A stretch of DNA of 64,000 nucleotides from Heterodontus francisci (Eukaryota). How positions within the stretch are numbered: position 1 is the first letter of the stretch; every line of letters begins with the position of its first letter. The position numbers were made by a program, and so were the translations under genes. The notes under the pieces were generated by a model, which was given only the letters and a program-made list of their open reading frames with translations, was not told the origin of the DNA and made no database searches. The DNA is taken from assembly GCF_036365525.1 (NCBI RefSeq), contig NC_090398.1:23800936-23864935 (forward strand), read 5' to 3'. Shown one piece after another: positions 37,001-47,824 of the stretch.

Positions 37001-40000
37001 GCACAGGATTCCCCAGATAATCTACTCAAGTCCTGATACAGTAACAGTGGATATTCTGTTCGGAGTGGGAGAGGTTAAGGAAGGGAATTCCAGAGCTCAA
37101 GGGCTCAGAAGCTGAAGTCACGGCTGCCAGTGGTGAAGCAGAAAAATTTGAGGAGACACAAGAGGCCAGAACTGGAGGAGGGCAGAGATTTCTGAGGGTG
37201 TAGGGTTGGAGGAGTTACAGAGATAGGGAGCGGACTGGGCCATGGAGATGTTTGAATGCAAGAATGAGAATTTTTAAAGCAATTTTGCTGCACCGGGGAC
37301 TAGTTTTGTTCAGCAAGGACAGACATGATGGGTGAATGGGACTTGGTACGAGTTTTGGAAAATAAATCAAAATCTCCATGTTCAGGAATTATTGGAATTT
37401 AATGAAGATATATAACTTTCTTGGTCATTGCTCAATTTCAAGCAAGGGTCCAGTAACTGAGTTTTAATTTCTAAACAAATCTCTATTGAAGCTGTGAATT
37501 AAATCTTACTGATTAGTAAAACGGTTTTGAAAAATTGTTTTTATATCAATACAACTAACATTGAAAACCACTTTCTGTCTATTCTAATTGAAGATGTTCA
37601 ACAGAAACACAAGGAAACACTCCGGGTACAAACTGAAACACTGAGAGTGAACACTATCCTAATAAAGGAGAAGGTTAAGATTTTCCAGCTGGTTGATCGA
37701 TACGCTGAGCTAACGGTCATTTCTACTGTTCGAGATCGGTCACTTGTAGAACATGAACTGCTGGCAAGAGGCCGAGACCATGAAGTGTGGAGAGAGAAAC
37801 ATCGCCGGAGAGAACTGAAAAAAATCCAAATTTGTCAATTATTCCCGAGCAGTTTTTCCCAGAGAAAATCCAAATCTGGGAGTTCAGCAGCAGTGAGTGG
37901 AGTCCCGGGGATTGGAAAAACAACAATGGTACAAAAGATTGTTTATGACTGGGCCACTGGGAAAATATACCCAAACTTTCAATTTGTTTTCAGTTTTAAA
38001 TTCCGGGATTTGAACGCAATTAACTGTAGAATAAACCTGAGGAATCTGGTACTGGATCAGTATCCTTACTTTGGGAATGTCCTGGGAGAGCTCTGGAAAA
38101 ATCCAGAGGGATTGCTTTTTATATTTGATGGTTTGGATGAATTCAAGGACACGATCGATTTTGCTGACAATCGGAGAAATACAGAACCTCAGTACATGTG
38201 CACAGATCCCGAATGCTGGTGTGAAGTGTCTGACATTGTGTACAGTTTAATACAGCACAAGCTGCTCCCCGGATGTTCAGTGTTAGTGACCAGTCGTCCC
38301 ACTGCATTACATTTATTGGAAAAGGCTGAGATCAGTGTCTGGGCTGAAATCCTGGGATTTGGTGGTGATGAACGGAAGGAATATTTCAACAAGTTTTTTG
38401 AAGATCAGACGGTGGCAGCAGCTGTTTTCAAACACGTGGAGGAGAACGAGATCCTGTACACCATGTGCTACAACCCTTCCTACTGTTGCATCCTCTGTCT
38501 GTCACTGGGTCCCTTCTTTACACAAAGAGACAGGAAACAGCAGCAAGTTCCCAAGACCATCACCCAGTTATATTCCTACTATATTTACAACATTCTGAAA
38601 AACCATAGCCAAGAGATTGAAAACCCCCGTGATGTGTTACTGAAGATCGGTGAGATGGCCTTCACAGGAGTCTCCAGGAAGAAGATTGTGTTTAGAAATG
38701 GAGATTTGATCGAGTATAATCTGCAACCTTCCCAGTTCCTGTCTGGATTCCTGATGGAACTTTTGGAGAGAGATGATTCTGTCCAGAGTGTGGTTTACAC
38801 ATTCCCGCACCTCACCATCCAAGAGTTTGTAGCCGCACTCGCACAATTCCTGACTCCAAATCCCGGGGACATCCGGAAGCTCCTCAGTGAAGCTCACAGC
38901 GAGGAAGATGGGAGATTTGAGATATTTCTGCGTTTTGTTGCTGGTCTCTCCTCCCCACAGGCAGCGTGGCCCCTGGAAGGATTGCTGGGTCCATTTCCTC
39001 ATCAGACAACCTGCCAAGTGATTGACTGGGTGAAGGAGAAGGTTGAAGGACAGATTGGAAACACAAAGAGTAAAACTGATAAAAGGAACCTCATGAACAG
39101 TTTGCATTACCTGTTTGAGTCTCAGAATAAAGCACTGGCTTGGGCCACAATGGAGCCTGTGGAAACACTTACCTTCGGAGATCCTCACTTCCAGAAAGCA
39201 TTGCAACTGACTACAATTGACTGTCTGGTCCTATGTCGTGCCATGGGACTCTGCAATGTAATAAAGCACCTTGATCTGCAGGAGTGCACCATTCAGTGTG
39301 AAGGACTCCAGCGGCTGGAACCCATCCTGCACAAATGCCAGGAGCTGAGGTAACTGTTCATTTGTCTCTAAATATGGTGGGGGTGGGGGGGCAATTGTAC
39401 AACAGTCACGGATTGTTGCTCAGTAACAAAGTGAAACGAATGGTTCAGTTAAACCAGATTGAACACAATATGACAAATATTATGAGGATCGGTTAGTAAT
39501 TCCCAAAGGACTGGAGCATCTAAGATAGATCCTTATGAACAAGCAGAGATTTTACAGCCTTTATCAGATTAGTAAATACAGGTCACTGAAACAATCTGAT
39601 AATTTAATTGCAATAAATTGTATAATTGCTGTTTTCCTCACTGCCTAAGAATTTTCTCATGAAGAGGCCCCTTCTCTCTGTTACTAACACGTCTTCTTCT
39701 TCTTTGGCCTCCTTGTCTCGAGAGACAATGGGTAAGCACCTGGAGGTGGTCAGTGGTTTGTGAAGCAGCGCCTGGAGTGGCTATAAAGGTCAATTCTAGA
39801 GTGACAGACTCTTCCACAGGCGCTGCGGGTAAAATTGGTTGTCGGCGCTGTTACACAGTTGGCTCTCCCCTTGCGCTTCTGCCAACAGCTAACTAGCACG
39901 TAGGCCAACGCTGACTGCAGCAGTCCATGTGTTGGAGCCTCCCGCCCTCTTCCCGAGGTACCATCGCAAGCGGCAGTCGCTGGATTGCCAAAGTGCGTAG

Positions 40001-43000
40001 GAGAGGGAAGCAGAAACACCAGAGCTGCAGAGTGAAAAACAGCTTCCAGTGGGTGAGCTGAGCTTTCCCCACAGGGCATCGGTGCGTTATCTTGTCACCC
40101 TTAACTCATCAATGACACAGCCCTCCACTCGGACCGCAGCTTCTGAACTTCTGAAAATTCCCCAAAACTTGCCGGACCAGTGACACCTGAAATAAATGTG
40201 AGCCAGTTTAATGGGAAATAAATCGAGAGACTCCCCTCCCCCATTATCGAGGAGTGCAGGTTCATTTAAAACTTGTAATGGGATAGAATAAACTCTCCTT
40301 GTTACATAAGATGCAGGGGGATGGATTTTACAGCAGCAGTTAGTGGCGTTTCACAATGTAACTCACCCAGAAATATTGTAAGAAGTATTAAAGGACATGG
40401 CTTTAGAAAGACAATAGCAGTATATGGCTTAGGGGTGAAAGATGAGAATACTGGTGAATGTTTGTTTCTTGGACTGTCGGGAAGTATATAATGATGTACC
40501 GCTGTGAAGGGGGTGCAAGCACAGAGACACCTGGGGCTGTACGTACACAAATCTTTGAAGGTGGCAGGCCATTTAAAACAAATTGTATTGAAATTCTTTT
40601 ATTAAGCATCTCAAGTTTACATAAAGTTCATTCCTCAAAGTTGTGGAAACTTTCAAACTCTCAGTAACGCGGATTCTCCCATCAGCAGTGGCTCAGCATC
40701 TCCATCTGCTGGTGTCCCTGTCTCACTGCAGTTACTGTTCCCCCCTCCCGCGTCTACCCTGAGGCACAGTGTGGCTTTCGTGCAGAGAGATCGACCATTG
40801 ACATGCTGTTCTCCCTTCGTCAGATACAGGAGAAATGCCGCGAACAACAGATGCCCCTCTACATTGCTTTCATTGATCTCACCAAAGCCTTTGTCCTCGT
40901 CAGCAGACGTGGTCTCTTCAGACTACTAGAAAAGATTGGATGTCCACCAAAGCTACTAAGTATCATCACCTCATTCCATGACAATATGAAAGGCACAATT
41001 CAACATAGCGGCACCTCGTCACACGCCTTTCCTATCCTGAGTGGATTGAAACAGTGCTGTGTTCTCGCACCCACACTTTTTGGGATTTTTTTCTCCCTGC
41101 TGTTCTCACATGCGTTCAAGTCTTCAGAAGAAGGAATTTTCCTCCACACAAGATCAGGGGGCAGGTTGTTCAACCTTGCCCGTCTAAGAGCGAAGTCCAA
41201 AGTACGGAAAGTCCTCATCACGGAACTCCTCTTCGCCGACGATGCTGCTTTAACATCTCACACTGAAGAGTGTCTGCAGAGTCTCATCGACAGGTTTGCG
41301 GCTGCCTGCAACGAATTTGGCCTAACCATCAGCCTCAAGAAAACGAACATCATGGGGCAGGACGTCAAAAATGCTCCATCCATCAATATTGGCGACCATG
41401 CTCTGGAAGTGGTTCAAGAGTTCACCTACCTAGGCTCAACTATCAGCAGTAACCTGTCTCTAGATGCAGAAATCAACAAGCGCATGGGAAAGGCTTCCAC
41501 TGCTATGTTCAGACTGGCCAAGAGAGTGTGGGAAAATGGCGCACTGACATGGAACACAAAAGTCCGAGTGTATCAAGCCTGTGTCCTCAGTACCTTGCTC
41601 TATGACAGTGAGGCCTGGACAACGTCTGTCAGCCAAGAGCGACATCTCAATTCATTCCATCTTCGCTGCCTCCGGAGAATACTTGGCATCAGGTGGCAGG
41701 ACCGTATCTCCAACACAGAAGTCCTCGAGGCGGCCAACATCCCCAGTATATACACCCTGCTGAGCCAGCGGCGCTTGAGATGGCTTGGCCATGTGAGCTG
41801 CATGGAAGATGGCAGGATCCCCAAGGACACATTGTACAGCGAGCTCGCCACTGGTATCAGACCCACCGGCCGTCTGTGTCTCCGCTTTAAAGGCGTCTGC
41901 AAACGCGACATGAAGTCCTGTGACATCGATCACAAGTCGTGGGAGTCAGTTGCCAGCGTTCGCCACAGCTGGCGGGCAGCCATAACGGTGGGGCTAAAGT
42001 GTGGCGAGTCAAAGAAACTTAGCAGTTGGCAGGAAAAAAGACAGAAGCGCAAGGGGAGAGCCAACTGTGTAACAGCCCCGACAAACAAATTTTTCTGCAG
42101 CACCTGTGGAAGAGCCTGTCACTCTCGAATTGGCCTTTGTAGCCACTCCTGGCGCTGCTCCACACACCACTGACCACCTCCAGGTGCTTACCCATTGTCT
42201 CTCGAGATAAGGAGGCCAAAGAAGACTGTCCCCCGCTCACCATCTCCATCTGCTGGTGTCTCTGTCTCACTGCAGTTACTGTTCCCCCCTCTCACCACCT
42301 TCATCTGCTGGGGATGCCCCATCTCTCTCTCTCTCCCCCCGATCTCTCTCTCTCTCCCTATCTCACTCTCTCTCCCTATCTCACTCTCTCCCCCCCCATC
42401 TCTCTCTGTCTCCCTCTCTCTCCACGGCACCTCTGGCTGACGATTGTTGCAAATGCTTTTGATTGCCCTATTTTGACAAGATGAGGGCTCTTCACACTCT
42501 GTTGTGGTGAAGGGTAGCTTGATACGTAAAGTCAGGGAGTGTCTTTGTTTTAGCTCATTTTGTGTATAGTTCATGTCCATGTCCGTGAGGGGGTTAATTG
42601 GTTTCAGTTCTAGTCGATATTGATGTGTATTTTAGTGCAGGAGATGGTATGTCTTGTGACTTTGTCTTCAATTTTATTGAAAGCAAAGTTACCAGTCCTT
42701 TTTAAATTGTTCCAATTTTTAAACTCATAAGTTTAATTTTGTAATTTCATTGCTGCACTTCTCGTAAGCATGACACCTAACAGAGACATCATGGGCCAAA
42801 TGACCACCTTCTGAGCTGCATTATTTACGATATGCAGATTGATATACAGGAAATCACCATTTTATCATTTAGTTCCGAGAAGATTGCTCCATTTCCAGAA
42901 AATCCAGGATTTAATGAGAAGCAGAAATGAGACAAGTTTCCCCAAACATGACGGGGTTGGTCATTGAGCTCTGGGAGCTTAATTCTGATCCTCTCGGACT

Positions 43001-43929
43001 GAGACTCGGCTGAGGGACATTTAAAAGTTTCACACAGACACCACTTTATTCAATAAATACATTTACCGATAGTCCTGGAACATATGGGGAATTGGACAGA
43101 GTGAGATTCATTGTCAGTGACATGAAAATCTGCTCATTCATTTTCTGAAGTTGCCTCAGTGTTTCGTGTAATGTCCGAGAATTATAACTTCCATCAGATC
43201 TGTGATTTTATTCAGTGGTCTCTCACTCCCTGTCTGTTTATGTTTAGACTGAGTCACAATAAACTGGGGGATTCAGGAGTGAAAATACTGTCTGCAGCTC
43301 TGAGCAATCCCAACTGTAAAATACAGGAACTGAAGTAAGCAATAGAAATTGTGTTTCTCATAAATGGATGTCTGACACTGCACATTATTCTTAGCACCAA
43401 AAAGTAGTTATTCATCATGCACAGTGTTTATTACATCAGTAATTGTATGATTAATGAACTCTGGGAATTTATCCTAATTTCTGTTATTTTCCTGTCCGAT
43501 TCCCCAGTCTGTGGGATACCAGTCTTACAGATTCTTGTGCTGAGGATCTCGCCAATGCACTCGGAACAAACAGGTCACTAACAGTTCTGTCTCTGGGGTT
43601 TAACTCCTTCACAGACCAATCTGTCCCTGCTCTCCGCCAGCTCATACTGACCTGCAGGAGTCTGAAGGAGATCAGGTGAGCGTTTGTGTTAATGTAGAAT
43701 GTAGTGCAAACAAAATGCATATAAATAGGATTCAGTCACTTCTCTGGGTAATATTTGTTTATAATTATAATTGAAGTACTAATGATAGAATCCTTTTATG
43801 TGCAGTGTTGTGGCAATCTGCTTATTTCCTGTTTGTTTCAGGCTGTTGAAGAGTCAGTTCAGTTCGATCGGAGAGAATCAGCTGAAGTCACTGCAGGAAT
43901 CCAAAAGTGGACTGAAAGTGATTGTGTAA
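24641..43929 (+). CDS. Spliced NLR gene (CARD-like + NACHT + LRR; NLRP3/NLRC3-like class), 8 coding exons, 968 aa: join(24641-25043,29045-29211,32545-32716,32831-32896,37594-39349,43248-43334,43508-43675,43842-43929)
   Basis: Exon lengths 403+167+172+66+1756+87+168+88=2907 nt (969 codons incl. TAA); every intron GT..AG; intron phases 1,0,1,1,2,2,2 join without stops. Orthology to a named mammalian NLR cannot be assigned from sequence alone. Confidence 0.85.
24679..24988 (+). repeat. Coding tandem repeat, 66-bp unit (PATREGDQDTGTSISEQSQIQH), about 4.6 copies, one 72-bp unit
   Basis: Units start 24679, 24745, 24811, 24877, 24949; all length changes are multiples of 3. Confidence 0.95.
25328..26451. 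repeat. 21-23-bp minisatellite (gtgctgaatggggggtgtcagc) split by a LINE insertion
   Basis: About 18 units at 25328-25737 and two more at ~26412-26451. Confidence 0.92.
25738..26411 (-). mobile_element. 5'-truncated CR1/L2-group LINE (family B)
   Basis: ORF 25786-26376 WSSHINTV...IYKAQVRSVMEYSPLAW; RT C-terminus plus 3'UTR. Confidence 0.9.
27350..28141. mobile_element. Two CR1 3' ends tail-to-tail (+ ~27350-27710; - ~27730-28141)
   Basis: gaatggccccttct...ttctgtgattctgtga tail and reverse-oriented cagcacagaaacgggccattcg tail. Confidence 0.75.
28142..28985 (+). mobile_element. Solo LTR
   Basis: TGTCAC...ATAACA termini; flanks cctg/ccta (4-bp TSD, 1 mismatch); ends 60 bp upstream of NLR exon 2. 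Confidence 0.65.
29045..29211 (+). CDS. NLR coding exon 2: first half of CARD-like domain (DPNSTTAEFLMKCDDFQLFQLIKFYQHRLEQAIEEGVDRVSSLLTGERHFSGQEHR)
   Basis: Acceptor attcacag|, donor CGG|gtaagt (phase 0); amphipathic helical pattern. Confidence 0.88.
29400..31140 (-). mobile_element. Old family-B LINE with a younger family-B copy (~30385-30840) nested in it
   Basis: Decayed RT ORFs 29384-29828; younger 3' end ttaattcattcttgggatgtgggcatcgc... at ~30390. Confidence 0.75.
31563..31921 (+). mobile_element. HE1-like tRNA-derived V-SINE
   Basis: Pol III A box tggcgcagtgg, B box ggttcgattcc, V-domain gcgtgggtttcctccgggtgctccggtttcctccca, CR1-like tail gggcctgtttcagtgctgtatctc(taaaac)n. Confidence 0.92.
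32545..32716 (+). CDS. NLR coding exon 3: second half of CARD-like domain (KIIELVEKGNRADSSKLLLNLVMEKGSRVRRVMWESFVKMRHGLPKLDEILKEIQEL)
   Basis: Acceptor ttcctcacag|, donor G|gtacgg (phase 1); 'R...LL..V..KG' pattern typical of CARD helices. Confidence 0.88.
32831..32896 (+). CDS. NLR coding exon 4: 66-nt linker (GSDPLASMNTARGLSEVPGHLK)
   Basis: Acceptor ttttaaacag|, donor AAGG|gtgagt; symmetric phase 1-1 and open. Confidence 0.8.
33067..33765 (-). mobile_element. CR1 3' fragment
   Basis: Tail gaacataagaacata...ggagcaggagtag; RT C-terminal remnants. Confidence 0.85.
33886..35860. repeat. Intronic minisatellite, 39-bp unit (cctggcaggatcctgatacactgtgaaaccccatacaca), about 49 copies
   Basis: Directly visible array; 13-codon periodicity explains long repetitive ORFs on both strands. 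Confidence 0.98.
37594..39349 (+). CDS. NLR coding exon 5: NACHT NTPase, winged helix, HD2 and first LRRs
   Basis: ORF 37527-39353 contains Walker A GVPGIGKT, Walker B LLFIFDGLDE, sensor-1 VLVTSR and WHD motif FPHLTIQEFVAA; acceptor attgaag|, donor AG|gtaact. Confidence 0.96.
39692..39892 (-). mobile_element. Short RTE 3' fragment
   Basis: (tct)n tail then tttggcctccttgtctcgagagacaatggg..., same family as the 11192 and 40750 copies. Confidence 0.9.
40750..42225 (+). mobile_element. 5'-truncated RTE-clade LINE with uninterrupted 456-aa RT ORF
   Basis: ORF 40803-42173: AFIDLTKAF, LAPTLF, LLFADD, YLGS, RRLRWLGHV; short 3'UTR ending ggccaaagaaga. Confidence 0.95.
42322..42422. repeat. (CT)n-rich microsatellite
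   Basis: Visible polypyrimidine tract. Confidence 0.9.
43248..43334 (+). CDS. NLR LRR exon, 87 nt (LSHNKLGDSGVKILSAALSNPNCKIQEL)
   Basis: Ribonuclease-inhibitor-type LRR; tgtttag| ... AA|gtaagc, phase 2-2. Confidence 0.93.
43508..43675 (+). CDS. NLR LRR exon, 168 nt (LWDTSLTDSCAEDLANALGTNRSLTVLSLGFNSFTDQSVPALRQLILTCRSLKEI)
   Basis: Two 28-aa RI-type LRRs; tccccag| ... AG|gtgagc, phase 2-2. Confidence 0.93.
43842..43929 (+). CDS. NLR terminal coding exon (LLKSQFSSIGENQLKSLQESKSGLKVIV*)
   Basis: Acceptor gtttgtttcag|; TAA at 43927-43929; capping LRR-like pattern. Confidence 0.88.
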
Positions 43930-44363
43930 ACATTTCAACTCATAAATGTTCCTGTCCCATTTTGGACCAATCTTCTGCCCCTCTCCTTTAACTGTCCTCA
44001 CTCGAGGTCTCACTCTGGGCTGTAATGGAAGAATGACAATTGCGCTCAGTGTTCCTGGGTTTAGGGGGTAAGCTTATGTAGGGTAATGCTCAGGGACCCT
44101 GCTGGGAAGTGAACCTGAATACTTCGGGATAATGGACGGTTAACATGCTGCCAGGACCAAGGCCAGACACCAGCATATTGGATATAATGATAGGAGAAGT
44201 GGGCAGTGGCGGATAGAGCTCTCGGGGTGTCCGGATCACTTAGTTTAACACTGGAAGCTGGGATCTGATCAGTTCACAATCCAGAGTAGTCAGTTTGCAT
44301 AATTACTTACTGCTATCATAATGCTAATATTGTTATATGTTAGCTTCAATCAACTTCATCTTT

Positions 44364-44369
44364 AATAAA
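44364..44369 (+). terminator. Candidate polyadenylation signal of the NLR gene
   Basis: AATAAA about 435 nt downstream of the stop codon. Confidence 0.45.
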
Positions 44370-44891
44370 CTTTATCTATGTGGAACCTCTCTGAATGGAC
44401 TCTCTTTTACACAGTAGTCACTCGCTTACAAAGTGGAGGATTTAGCCTCCCGTTCACCGATTCAGTTATCTTTACAATGCAGGGGCATTACAGAGCAGAA
44501 ATAAAATCCAGGGCATCGGTGGGCCGATACAAGGGGAGTATTGGTATGGATTAAATACAGTTGCCAACCGTTACACGATTACCATGCAGTGCCATCAGAC
44601 TGAGAGGGTGTAAAATAGCTGGCAGAACTGGAGGATTGAACATGTAGACTGGTAGAGAAAATTGCAAATCATCTTCAGAATAAAACAGGGATTCATGTAG
44701 TTTATAAAAATTGTTAATATGTTGAAGGAACTGGAGGATCGCATGCGATAAGCAATGAAAGAGAAGGGGATGAGTAAGTGTGGCTGGAAGGGAGCAGTCC
44801 ATCAGTGACATAGCAAATATATTACAAATGATCTTCATGCCCTCAGACACAAATCAACATGGGTTTTTGACGTTAAATGGGCTAATTTGAT

Positions 44892-45211
44892 TTTTTAGTT
44901 TAGAGATACAGCACTGAAACAGGCCCTTCGACCCACCGAGTCTGTGCCGACCATCAGCCACCCATTTATACTAATCCTACACTAATTCCATATTCCTACC
45001 ACATCCCCACCTGTCCCTTTATTTTCCCTACCACCTACCTATACTAGGGGCAATTGCTAATGGCCAATTTACCTATCAATCTGCAAGTCTTTGGCATGTG
45101 GGAGGAAACCCACGCAGACACAGGGAGAACTTGCAAACTCCACACAGGCAGTACCCGGAATTGAACCCGGGTCCCTGGAGCTGTGAGGCTGCAGTGCTAA
45201 CCACTGCGCCG
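44892..45211 (-). mobile_element. HE1-like V-SINE with ~20-bp internal deletion
   Basis: Reverse complement of 31563-31921, lacking one of the two ggtttcctcc repeats. Confidence 0.9.
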
Positions 45212-45501
45212 CTTTTTAAGCTGCCACTTACAGCTTTTTAAGTGAAATTCAAGTGGGCGAGGAAGGTAATGTTCCTCTGATAGTACATGCTGTAGTTAAA
45301 ATATAACTACTCAACATTCCATTACAGCTGCTTCCATGACAACCGAACCAAGGTTGGATTAGGATTAATTAGCTGTAAGATTTGAAACGATTTTGAAATA
45401 CAGATTTTATTTATCTGATCAAATTTAGGGGTAAAAGAGCAAAACTTATAAAAATATATTCAATAATCCACAGAAGGGAACTGAATATATACTGCAATCA
45501 T

Positions 45502-45543
45502 TATATATATTATATATATATATATATACACACACACATATAC
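45502..45543. repeat. (TA)n(CA)n microsatellite
   Basis: Visible. Confidence 0.9.
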
Positions 45544-46764
45544 AAACAGAGCTCTTTAAATCTCCCAGCTCCTTCAGTAAGCTAGCTGTAGAACCTGTGC
45601 TTTAATTGTTTTCACAATACTGGATAGATTAAAAACTAGACTTCTGAAACATTCCTCCAAAGGTACCAGAACAGATTTGTTGTCTGGTAACATTTTGATG
45701 TGGAAAGTTGCCAATCCTGAACACCATTTAATGTCTTTTTCTGAAGTTTATACTGGTGTTTAAATACAGCTGTCTCCACAGGCTGGGACTGATGTAAATA
45801 GGAACATATCGAGCACGATCGAATTATCTATATCAAAGTTTATGTCCTGTTCTCTACAATCGATTTGTCTCCTAATTTGTTGTCAATATCTCCACTTCTG
45901 TCTCTCTCTCTCTCGTCCTATCCCGAAGCCTTTGTTCCTATTTGTACATAAACCTGTCAGCCACCAACGTTCTGATGCGTTTCTGTGAAATCTGGTTGTC
46001 TGTTATTGCGAGTTACTAATTTGCCTTCCTTAACTCACTGCTAAAAAAAGACTTTCAGCTGCTGTCTGTACCCACATCAAAAATGTTTTCCTGGAATGTA
46101 TTGGCTATTTCACCTGGCTTGTAAACACTTAAAACTTGGATACAGATGAAGGTAGAGTAAATAGTCATAAAGCTGTAGCTACATTGGCTCTGGTCAAGTC
46201 GTATTTTGAGTAGAGCTCTGTTACCTGCAGCTGGACTGGCTGCCGAGGCCTGATTCTCGGTACAAAGGCGAGTAAAAGGCCTGTTGGCCATCTCTGGGAG
46301 AGGATCTACGAGCGAGGGCTTGACGGGACTAGGCACTCCACAAACTAAAAAAAAAAACTCTCACCTAAAATATCAAACAATGATGTGAAATAATTAACAG
46401 GATAGGGACATGTGTTTTAGCTGAAGATGGAAACACCACACGAGCACGTGTACACGGGTTATGCAGAGCAAATTTAGTGGAGGTGGGAGGTATTAACTCT
46501 TAAAGAGCAGGTGGTCATGAGCTTGCTTTGGTTGGAATGAACACGGACCGTTCATTCATTCAAACTGCTGTAAGTGGGAATAAAGTAGGGCAATGAATCC
46601 AGACTTGTTCATCCCAAAACAAAAGGAATTTTTGAGCATTCCTGTTATCTAATTGTTAGAGAAGATTTACAAATAATTATAAAATCCATTTAACGCAAAG
46701 GAATCACATATTAATTTCTTTTTATGTTACGTTGTGTAGTTAAATCTTCTAATTAAAAACTACA

Positions 46765-47360
46765 AAACATAGGAGAAATAGGAGCAGGGGTAGGCCATTT
46801 AGATTTGAGCCTCCTCCGCCATTCAATGAGATCATGGCTGATCTACCTCAACACCATTTTCCAACATTGTCGCCATATTCCCTTGATATCTTTAATATCT
46901 AGAAATCTATCGATCTTTATCTTGAACATACTCAATGACTGAGCATCCACCACCCTCTGGGGTAGACAATTCCAAAGATTCATCCTCCCTCTGAGTGAAG
47001 AAATTCCTTCTCATCTCAGTCCTAAAGGGTCTGCCTCTTATTTGGAGACTGGGTCTCCTGGTTCCAGACCCTCAGTCAGGGGGAACATCTTCCTGCATCC
47101 ATCCTGTCGAGCCCTGTAAGAATTTTGTATGGTTCAATGAGATCACCTCTCATTCTTGTAAACATTAGAGTATACAATCCCGGCCTCTTTAGGGGAGGAG
47201 ACTGAAACAGTACACAATATTCCAGGTGTGGTCTCACCAAGGTTCTCTACAATTGCACCAAGCCATCCTTACTCCAGTACTCAAATTCTGTTGCAATACA
47301 GGCCAACATACCATTCACCTTCCTAATTGCTTGCTGCACCTGCACGTTGGCTTTCAGTGA
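46765..47360 (-). mobile_element. CR1 3' fragment
   Basis: aacataggagaaataggagcaggggtaggccatt tail; same family as the 33067 copy. Confidence 0.8.
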
Positions 47361-47824
47361 CAAAAGCAACTAAAAATACACGTGCAAACATTGACGACAG
47401 CATTCTCTTAAGTCAGCTGTCACGTTTGTATTTAGATTCACTTTATTACCCCAATTGAAGAATTAGTTCCCTTCTCAGTCCTGTCTAGCCAATGTTTTCT
47501 GTACAACTTTGGGAAAATAAAATTGAACAGGCCTAGAAACATAGTGATAGGAGATTGCATTGACAGTGGGAGAAGGGACATGGAGTAGCAGCTGCTGTAC
47601 GAGCCTTTTAGCTAAACTTAAACCCGAGCGAACGGACTGTTAAGTGAAAGCAGGAAGAGGAAGCTTTGAAATCACCTGAATGCAATGTATTCATCATCTT
47701 CAGCAAAGCATCCTCTGTGATCTCAGTATATGGGCCGTGAGTATATGTAATATCTAATCTTTACCATAACTTTAATCATTGGACTGCGTGTAGAGTTCAT
47801 GCTTGGGCTGCAGCCTCTCATATG

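Noticed and set aside
37527-37593. N-terminal part of the 608-aa ORF as a single-exon gene start
   Set aside because: Non-ATG start in AT-rich intronic sequence; the acceptor at 37593 and upstream exons explain the true N-terminus.
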